Source: Salpingoeca rosetta (taxonomy: Eukaryota > Protista > Choanoflagellata). Taken from it: a stretch of DNA of 64,000 nucleotides. Below are positions 54,307-64,000 of the stretch, piece by piece (within the stretch, counting starts at the first letter, position 1; every line of letters begins with the position of its first letter). The stretch lies in contig JAWQFM010000002.1 in assembly GCA_033442325.1 (NCBI GenBank), positions 737,865 to 801,864 of the forward strand, given 5' to 3'. The notes under the pieces are model-generated. The model had not been told where the DNA came from and made no database searches. It saw nothing but the letters and a program-made list of their open reading frames with translations. Made by a program: the position numbers and the translations under genes.

Positions 54307-55485
54307 CAGGCGTGTGTCTGTGTGTCTGTGTGTCTGTGTGTGCGCGCACGCGTGCGTCTGCGTTTGCGTCTGTCTCTGTTTTTCCGTGCACATACGCTCG
54401 TTGGATGTTGTTGTTGTTGCTGCTGCTGTCTCTCTGCACTCGCTGCTCTCTTATCTCATTCTCGATCCGTTGTTTCATGTGACTGGCAATGTGATGTGTT
54501 CTTGGTTCCCATTAGCGTCAGCCACATGCCTGTCGAACTTGTCTGCTTGTTCCTTCCCCCGTGCTGCTCGCTTCGTTGATGGGACTTGTTCATCAGAAAG
54601 ACCAATAACACACCGTTCACCGTTCCCCAACGCAACTGCAAGACCACTGCACCCAACATGGCTCTGTCGCAAGTGGCTCAGCAGCTCTTCAGCTGAATCT
54701 GGCGTTGGTACGAGATTTGAGTTGCGTGTATTCACGTCGAAGAGAAAACGAGACACCTCACCAGATGTACGCATGGTATCGCAAAGGAGGAGCGGGCGTT
54801 TGAACATGTCCAAGCCGAAAAAAGGGAGGATGGAGTGGCGTGATGTGAAATGCAAAGTGATGTGACATGTGACATGACACAATAAGCGCTGTCACGAGCG
54901 AATATGATAAAGTCCGAGCTAGCCGATTCTACTTAGGGTCCTGGGGTGGGTGAACAAACATATGCACGTGAAAGAGTGAGCCAGCATGGCGCAGAAGCAA
55001 CTCACACAAGACAGACACACCCAAGAGAACAGAAAGAAGAAGTTGGAAAACAGATGAACTGAGAAAGAAAAGAGTCAAGTTTGTTGAGGGTGTAGCCACC
55101 CCAGCTCCCGAGGCCCACTCGCCACTCACAAGGAGCAAGAGCGCCAGCCAAAGATAGAGCAAAAGGGGCATCTGTCTGGTCCGGGTGAAATGTGGCCGAC
55201 CCAGGGGGTCCGCGCCCCCCAAAAAGGGGGACGCTTTAAGGTGACCATTTGGAAATCGGACGTGCAGTGCAGCGAAGACGGCACGGAAAAAGGTTGGTGT
55301 TGGGGGGGGGGCGAAGCAACAATGACAGGTTGATACTTGTTTGGGGAAGAAGAAGAAAGGAAGAAAGAGCTGAGACGAAGGCCACGCCCTCAACTGCGCG
55401 GAACAGAGGAGACAGCACACAACGACATGGCCACGGACACCGTACCTGGTATTGATTGTTTAAATGTAAGCAGCCGTGCATGTTG

Positions 55486-56991
55486 TCACTGGTTGGCAAG
55501 CTTGGCACCTGCCAGCACTGCAGTCTGTGCCAGGTACTGGCTGCCGATGATCATGCAGTCTTCGTTAAAGTCCCACTTGGCGGTGTGGGCGGAGTAGTTT
55601 GGCTCGCCGGGGAAGCCCGCGCCATAGCGCACAAAGAACCCGGGCACGTGCTGCAGGTACTCTGCAAAGTCCTCGCCGCCAAGGTTGGCCTTGGGCAGCG
55701 GGCGAACCGAGGCGTCCTCCCCACACCCCGCAGTCGCAGCGCGTGCCGCGTCCTGCGCCAGCGGGTACAGGCTGGACGTGTTGATGACGGGCGGGACGCT
55801 GTCACGGAAGGCGACGTCGACTGTGCCGCCGTATCCGTGGGCAACAGACTCAGCAAGGCGGCGAACGCGCTCGCGAATGGCATCCCGCGTCTCCACGCGT
55901 GTGGCGCGGATGGTGCCCAGGAGGTGCGCGCTGCCGGCCACAATGTTGAAGGCCGTGCCCGCAGTCATCTTGCCAATGGTGACGACCGCCGGCTCTGAGG
56001 GGTCCACGGCGCGCGCCACAATGTGCTGCAGCTTCATCACAAAGGAGCTGGCCATGACAATCGTGTCGACGCCCTCGTGCGGGCGGGCGGCGTGGCACGA
56101 CTTGCCCGTGAAGGTGATGTCGATGAGGTCTGCACTGGCGTTGACGCAGCCGTCGTGCACAATAATGGTGCCCACGGGATATGACCGGTCAATGTGCCCG
56201 CCAAAGATGGCTGCAACATCCTCCAGCACCCCCGCTGCAACCATAGCCTTGGCGCCAGCCACTGCGCATTGAGCGAGAAGAATGGTGTTGGCAGAGCATC
56301 AAAGGCAAAGGCGTGGGTGAGCACAAAGTGATGAGGATGATGAGGAGGCAATGGAAGGAAGGAAGGAGGAGTCGGGAGGAGTAGGTATAGCCACCCAAAG
56401 ACGCCACTCACAATCATCATTCAGTGATGCTTACGAACGGACGACAAGCTGGAACACACGAAGCAGAACAACCAACAAAACTTACAAGCACACACTCACG
56501 CACTCACGTTCATCGGTACCGTTTTCTTCGGCGGGTTGGAAGACAAGGCGAACAGGGAGCTTGGGCTTGTTGCCGGCCTTGACCTGGCTCAGCAGAATGG
56601 CGGCAGCGCCGAGGAGCATGCTGGTGTGGCCGTCGTGACCGCACGCGTGCATGACACCGGGAATCTTGGACGCAAAGGGCAAGCCTGTTTCCTCCGTGAC
56701 TGGAAGCGCGTCCAGGTCGGCCCGCAGCGCCACAAATGGCTTGTCTACTTGCCCGGGAATGTCAGCCACCACGCCGTACTGTGCCATGCGCCGAGGCTTG
56801 AGCCCAAGCTGCTCCAGCAAGGAGAACACAAAGCTGCTCGTTTTCTCCTCATGCAGCGAGAGTTCCGGATACTGGTGCAGATGGCGCCGAACACCGGTGA
56901 TCCACTTTGTCACGGCATCCAAGTCGCTGCCGTCGCCCTCCAGCACAAAGGCGCTGGCATCAGCCGCAGTGGTGGTGGCGTCGTCGCTCAT
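55486..56991 (-). CDS. M20D family amidohydrolase (hippurate hydrolase / IAA-amino acid hydrolase-like), 2 exons; may extend upstream
   Basis: RRHLHQYPELS, ALRADLDALP, MHACGHDGH, FQPAEE, GKSCHAARPH, GTAFNIV, GGEDFAEY, AHTAKWDFNE. A single intron spans about 56262-56507. Confidence 0.9.
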
Positions 56992-57355
56992 CCTGCGCGT
57001 CGGTGCCGACGCTGCTTGTGGAGTGAATCGATGCTCGATGTAAGTGTCACTCGACCGCAGCTGGCGGTCAGAGCTCAGCCACGTCCTCTGTGCTGATGGC
57101 ACGCACCAACGCCAGCCTGCGCGGAGCGTGCTCAACCGCTGAACCGCAGCCACCACCGCCAGAGCGACGAGTGAGACGTGGCGGTGTTTGAGGGGGAAGG
57201 AGGGGGAAGGGAGGAAGGAAAGAATGAAGCAGCCGAGCACGCGCGTGGCTGGGCAGCGGCGAGAAGAAAAGTGGTGGGCGGCGTGCGTGAGGAAAATGAA
57301 TGGAAGATGTTGGTAAATCGTCACAACTTGCCTTGAGCGGACATCGCTGAGGAGG

Positions 57356-57813
57356 ATGACGATGACGATGGGTGGAGAGGATGTTGTGGCGCGAGTGACG
57401 GTGCTGAGTGCAGAGCTGTGCCGTTCGAGCCAGCAAGGGTGGAAGGCAAGCGGCGAGCTCTTGGATGAGATCTCAACCACGCTTGTGGACATTCACAACC
57501 GTCAAAGCGTCTTTGAATGGCATCGCTCATCCTACACCGTGGCAGGTTTGTGAACATGTGTTGTGTTGTGAGTTTGTGTGTGTTTGTGTGTCGTGTGTAT
57601 GTGTGTGCGTTTGTGCGTCGGGTCGTATTGTGTGCGTGTGTGTGTATGTATGTGCGTGTATGTACGTGTGAGTGAAAGAAAGTGTTGTGAGTCAGTGAAT
57701 GAGAGTGTGAGTTTTGTGCGAGGGATCTTGTTGTTGCGTCAAAACCAACGCGATGTTGCACAAGTGTAGCTGCGTCGTGTCCTTCGTAGAAGCCCACACG
57801 CTTTCCCACCACA

Positions 57814-57877
<64 letters not shown>

Positions 57878-58901
57878 CTGCGCTGCTGGACCACGTCTTG
57901 CCGCAATGGACAGATCGTGACCGCCTAAGCGCGCGCGACTTTCTCGATGAGTTTTGCACAAAGACCCTGGCGCCATCGGCCATGCTGATGTGCGCCCGAC
58001 ACCGTCTCACTTCAACCACGTATGAGAACCAGAGACTGTTTGCGCGGTTGTGCGGAACGCATCTCACACGTTGCACTGTGTGACGTGTGCGCATGCCTGC
58101 TCATCACCGAAGATCACTTCTCATCTCACTCCTGCGCATAATCCTGTGCACACTCATGGGCCCCACTCATGCGCTCACACACACACACACACACACACTT
58201 GCGAATACACAACCATACTTTTGCAGACACTCTGCTGCACTGGCGACCATCTATCGGGCATGGAAAACATGCTGCACGATATCCTTCAATGGTGTCTGGT
58301 AAGCGTGTTTCCACTCGCCACATGGTTGTATTCAACACACGCGTGCTTGTCTCTGTTTGCACTTATGCGGCCCCGTGTGTCTGATTGCGCGTCATCTATG
58401 ACAACAGTACACTGTATCCACCATCACGAGTCAACCGCTTTGTATGCTGCACGACCATAGGCTGTCAGTGCAGGGAACTTGAGCCTTTTTGAGGATGATT
58501 TAGCCACAGCGCTTGTCACGTTCCCAGACGCCTTTCTCAACTGTTTTCATGCCCAAGCACAGCAGCAAACCCCGCGCCAACAGCTCAGGTCAGCTTGAAA
58601 ACCGATATCCGTGTGTATCCAGGAACACACACTGCATATTGACACCGTGTTCTGCGGTCTTCCTCATGCGTTTATTTGATCTCAACCATGGCCAATAGCA
58701 AGCTGTCATCCTCACACGCCACACTGTGTGTGTGTGCGTGTGTGTGCGTGTTCCTGCGGCGGCCTCACAATCTACAGCCTGGATACAGCCGTGTACAAAC
58801 GTGTGCTCGCCACGGCATCGCTTCATGCTCTTTTGATAGCGGTGCGTGCGTGCGTGGATGACAGTGTCATGTACTTGCACAGTGTGCATGTGTGTGTGTG
58901 T

Positions 58902-58976
<75 letters not shown>

Positions 58977-61900
58977 GGCATTGTACGCGCGTGCCATGTT
59001 TTGCATGTGGCAGCAGCCGATTTGCACCAAACGTGATTTCCTCACACACCCGCACGTGATGTGCACGTCTGTGCAGGCAAAGAGCGATGGTAAACATGCA
59101 CATGTGCAACCGCTGGCAGCACTGTGTTCACGTGTTGTGCTGCATCTTGGATCAGCAGAGCCGGCCAGCGCACTCCTGATTCACCTTCGAGCAATGCACC
59201 ACAACATCGAGAACACCAACAAGGACAGCAGCAGTAGCAATGGCAGCAGCCATAGGGAGAGCAACACGGAAGCTGCTGTCTTGAGCCGAGCTGTTGCTGC
59301 GCTTGACTTTGACGCCGCCCAGCGGTTGATACTGCACGTTTTGCGACGCGCAGAGGAGTGAGTCGCATCGCGGAGGCGTGTGCTCTCGTTGCTCTGCTCA
59401 GCTGCCTTGCACATGCTCTTTCGCTCCCAAACACTCATACACTCACGCACACGCTTACGCACCCTTCTTTCTCTCTCTCTCATACAAACAAACACACACG
59501 CACACACACTCTCTCTCATACAAACAAACACACACGCACACACACACACATACGTTGCAGGCGAGCGAGCGACCACGATGTTGTTGCGTCTGCCTTTGCG
59601 TCGCTGCCCGCCGACCACCGCGACAGTGTCATCGACGACATCATCGCCAGTCTTCGGCGCCAGAGCCAGCGCGGCGTGGCAGCTGCGCAGTGCACGGTGC
59701 TCGTGTGCCACCGCCTTGGTCGCCTGCGACAGCTCATGCACGAACTGCTGGACGTCTGGGGCGATTTGGACTTTCTCACGCGCGGGAACCCGGACGTGCA
59801 CACATATCTCAGCCTGGTGAGGCGGCCGTGCGGGTCGGTGTGTGTATGTGTGTGTGTATGTGTGTGTATGTGTGTGTGTGTGTGTGTGTGTGAATGTGTG
59901 TGTGTGTGTGTGTGAATGTGCGTGTGTGAATGTGCGTGTGTGTGTGAATGTGTGTGTGTGTGTGTGTGTGCGTGTGGTTTCAGTCATGCCTACATTTCAA
60001 TAGTACCCCTGAAATGCACAATGAGTGAACCATGCTTCCTTACACACGCACACGCTGCGCAGTATTGATTGAAGCTGTGCAGGCGCAGTTGACGTGTGTG
60101 ATTGGGAACATTCGCACACGCGGAATGGCTGTAGCGGAAATTGTGACGTCGCTGCTGTTCAATGCAACCACCGAAGCCGGCAGTGATGGTGATGCTGATG
60201 CTGATGGTGATGATGGCATTGGTGGTCGGCTGCGGACGAAGAAATTGGACTTTAAGCTCGACCCAACCGATCCCGTCGTTGCGGTGAGCGCTGCTTGCGC
60301 CTGCTCTGTGGGGTGGGGTGGTTGACGAGCACAGGTGGCTTGGAAATGCCATTTCATGTTGCTCACCATCATACACAACATGCTTCGCTCACACACACAC
60401 ACACACACACACANNNNNNNNNNNNNNNNNNNNNNNNNNNNNNNNNNNNNNNNNNNNNNNNNNNNNNNNNNNNNNNNNNNNNNNNNNNNNNNNNNNNNNN
60501 NNNNNNNNNNNNNNNNNNNNNNNNNNNNNNNNNNNNNNNNNNNNNNNNNNNNNNNNNNNNNNNNNNNNNNNNNNNNNNNNNNNNNNNNNNNNNNNNNNNN
60601 NNNNNNNNNNNNNNNNNNNNNNNNNNNNNNNNNNNNNNNNNNNNNNNNNNNNNNNNNNNNNNNNNNNNNNNNNNNNNNNNNNNNNNNNNNNNNNNNNNNN
60701 NNNNNNNNNNNNNNNNNNNNNNNNNNNNNNNNNNNNNNNNNNNNNNNNNNNNNNNNNNNNNNNNNNCGATGATGATGACTATTTGAACCGTACGCTCTGC
60801 GAAACGCGGTGAAGGAGAAACTTCCGTAGAAGCCCCTGTACCTTCGTGATGCATTTGATGGCATTTCAGACGAGAAGGATTACAAGAAGGTTGCTGCGAG
60901 CCTGGCTGAATTGCACGGCTCATCGAACAGGCCCCTGGCGAACTCAACGAGGTCTGTGTGTGTGTGTCTGTTTGCATGTTTGTTTGCATGTTTGTTTGTT
61001 TGTTTGTTTGCTTGCTTGCTTGCTTGTTTGTTTGTTCGTGGATGTGTGTGTGTGTGTGTTTGTCTGTTTGTTTTGTTGCAGCCCTTTGTCACTCTGCGTG
61101 TTAGAGTGTGCAGAATAGCAACTCTCATCCTCCACCACCACCACCACCACCACCACCACCACCTCCATAGTTGGCTGTGCCTGCGCTTCGCCGCCTTCTG
61201 ATTGCCGACAACGAATTCCAGCTGCCAGACTTTGAGCAGAACCGCACACAAGCGTTGATTGGTGTCGTCTACCACTGCCCGCACGCCTCTGCGGCCTTCC
61301 TCATTGAGCAGTTCTACACGACTGAATTGAGTCTTGGCCACCGCCGCCTCATCCTCAACACTCTCGTCCTTGGCGCCGTTCGCCTCTCGGGAAGAAACCC
61401 AACTGCGGTCCGTGGGACCGTGTGTGTCTGTGTGTGGGGGGAAGTGTGTGTCTGTGTGTGTGTGTGTGTGTGTCTGCGTGTGTGTCTGTGTGGAAGTGTC
61501 TGTGTCTGTGTGGAAGTGTCTGTGTCTGTGTGGAAGTGTCTGTGTCTGTGTGGAAGTGTCTGTGTCTGTGTGGAAGTGTCTGTGTGCTTTTGCCCACCTT
61601 CTTGCATGTGTGTGCACTCACAACGCACGCCTCATCCCACCGTCTTCTGTCTTGCAGCAAGACACAACGGCCTCGCTTGGTGTACACGACGCGAGTACCG
61701 CAACAGCGCCCAAGGTACCATGCCTGTTTGCCGTGCAACCACACATGTGCTTTCGTGTGTGCGTGAGCGCGAAAATGCATCCCATTAGGACCGCTCACCC
61801 ACACCTGTGTTGTGTGTGTGCGTGTTCTGACCCTCTGACTTTCTGTCTCTCTCCCTCCCCGCCCCTCTGTCTGCATGTGTGTGTGTGCGTGCGTGTTGCG

Positions 61901-63007
61901 AATGGCTGCCAGGCCGACGAGAAGGACGAGCGGGAAATGACTGCAGATGAGATTGTGCAGCAGCGATTGGAGAAGAAGACGCGGCGTTTCCACCCATCGT
62001 TCTTCGACAAGACCCGTCGCCAGCCATCATCACGTCAGCACATGTGCTGTGTGTGTGTGTGTTTGTGTTTGTGTTTGTGTTTGTGTGTGTGTGTGTGTGT
62101 GCGTTTGCACATACATGTGTGTATTGTTTGCATGTGTTTTGGTTGCTCGTGCATGGTTGTTGCATGTGCTTGCTCTCTGCTAACGTGTCCACACGAATTG
62201 CACCTCGTGCTCACGCTTACATATGTTTGCCGATCCATGGCCAGAGCACAACCGCTTCCACGATGTTGCTGGGGAGTTCTTCTTCCCGCTCATCGCCAAA
62301 TACGACCAGCCCATCCGCACAATGCGCATGCTGGTGCGTACTGACGTGAAAACGGCCCTCTCCCCGTGTTGGGGGCTGTCATGACCGTGCTCATATGCCG
62401 TGACAGAATGTGTGCACGGTTCTGCGCGCGCGTTTGTTCCCTTGTTCGCCTTTTTACCCGCTCGCTTGCTTGCTTTTCATTCCTCACTCCTGTCCCCGTG
62501 ACGGCCTGCACTTTGGCTGTGACAGGAACAAGACATGTTCATGCTCAGCCTGCTGCTTCGGGCGCTGGGGACGTGCATGTACTGTGCGGCGTTTGCTCCC
62601 ATTTTCCCGCGCATGGCCATGACATTTTGCGAGTACGTCGAGTGCAGCCTGCGGCTGTTTGGCGGCCCGTAGCCTGGCAATCCAATGCATGATTTTGATA
62701 CGCACGCACATGTCCATGCAGGGTTTAACGCACACACGCACACACNNNNNNNNNNNNNNNNNNNNNNNNNNNNNNNNNNNNNNNNNNNNNNNNNNNNNNN
62801 NNNNNNNNNNNNNNNNNNNNNNNNNNNNNNNNNNNNNNNNNNNNNTTAGAGAGTCCAGTATACAACGTCTAGAGCTGAGAGAGGATGAGCGTGAGTTTTT
62901 ACGTGTCTTGTCTATTGGCATTGTCAACATATCTTATATCTGCGGAGGCTCCACTAAAAAGATTAGATCTATCCTCCAGCCCATTTGGATACAATCCTCA
63001 ATTTTGG

Positions 63008-63058
<51 letters not shown>

Positions 63059-63661
63059 GGCACACACACACACACACAAAGGCACACACACACACGCACA
63101 CACGCACGCACACACACAAAGGCACACACATACGCACAAGCAACATTCACACATTCACACATTCACACATATCTACACCCCATCGTGATGTGACTGTTTG
63201 TGCAGGTTTGCGTTGTCACTGCTGTACATTACAGATGCTGACATGCACCAGGCGCTGCTGAGTGCGCTCCTGATGATGGTCGAGTGTGCACCGGCACATC
63301 TTTTGCTGACAGACTTGCGCCCATTCCTCACGGAACTGCGCTGCTGGATTGAGGTCGCCCATTTTTTGTCTGTGCGCGCACGTGTTGAGATATACTTGTC
63401 TGCCTGCCTGTGTCTGCGTGTGTGTGTGTGTATGCGCGCGCGCGCGTGTGTGTGCATCTGCTTCGCGCAGTGTAACCACTGAATGCATGCTCACACTCGC
63501 TCACTCACTCACAACACACACTCTCACTCGCACACGATGCTGGTGTACAGGAGGTGATGGAGAGCAGCCCTGCGCCAGAGTGCCGCCGTCTCGCCGCCTC
63601 CATCCTCGTCATCTTGCATGAACGCACCACACAACAACGACAAGAGCGCACGCCGATGTAG
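57356..63661 (+). CDS. TELO2: Telomere length regulation protein Tel2 (TTT complex); spans two gaps
   Basis: [12 protein letters not shown]...KLDFKLD; FEPYAL...PLYLRD; [25 protein letters not shown]; [14 protein letters not shown]; [15 protein letters not shown]; LLLRALG. Last exon stops at 63661. The start is inferred. Confidence 0.8.
60414..60766. other. Assembly gap
   Basis: N run. Confidence 1.
61482..61585. repeat. 20-bp minisatellite (tgtgtctgtgtggaagtgtc) x5 in a TELO2 intron
   Basis: Five consecutive near-identical units. Confidence 0.9.
62746..62845. other. Assembly gap (100 N)
   Basis: N run. Confidence 1.
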
Positions 63662-63766
63662 CATAAACATAACCGAACAGTGCCTGTGACTGTGATGTGA
63701 CATGGCATGAGATACACACACGACGCTGTGACGGGTGCCAAGCAAAGAGAACGTTGTCGGGAACAC

Positions 63767-63892
<126 letters not shown>

Positions 63893-64000
63893 AGCTCAGG
63901 CAGGGAAGGACTGCCTTATTGTTGTTGGTGTTGTTGGCGATTAGTGGATACCTTTAACCAGTTTTCGGCAGCGACAGTGCAGTTGATGGACTCGAGTTAC

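Noticed and set aside
54900-55330. GC-rich, purine-skewed stretch between the DLG and M20 3' ends, considered as an ncRNA
   Set aside because: No tRNA, snRNA or rRNA signature was recognisable, and it borders a poly-G run, so sequence quality is doubtful.
60767-60950. In-frame TAG (60827-60829) within the TELO2 segment FEPYAL...KLP*KPLYLRD, suggesting readthrough or recoding
   Set aside because: It is within about 60 bp of a gap edge, and a single-base error (aag to tag) explains it.
61482-61585. Regular 20-bp repeats considered as a CRISPR-like array
   Set aside because: The units are head-to-tail with no unique spacers, lie in an intron, and have no cas genes nearby. This is an ordinary minisatellite.

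Overview
Intron-rich eukaryotic genomic DNA with (TG/CA)n-filled introns, four assembly gaps and one vector remnant. Gene content and intron style suggest a choanoflagellate such as Salpingoeca (inference). About 13 protein-coding genes are recognisable. In order: a 5'-truncated LRR-Roc-COR (Roco) gene; a DEP-domain/flavoprotein disulphide reductase fusion; GCP3; a small Tim17-like membrane protein; a NUXM-like complex I subunit; U2SURP; FRG1; a CABIN1-like TPR protein; PCCA; EMC3; DLG; an M20 amidohydrolase; and TELO2. Most short ORFs in the supplied track are microsatellite artefacts. The standout is the first gene. Its single 4.15 kb exon encodes the last LRR, a Roc GTPase with a SAM-like insert, COR, an IRE1/RNase L-type pseudokinase, a KEN ribonuclease with an intact Y-x11-R-N-x3-H signature, and a beta-rich tail. 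It is a candidate GTPase-gated RNase L-like innate-immune or stress effector. All assignments come from motif recognition by eye; no searches were run. Spliced gene coordinates are outer bounds.
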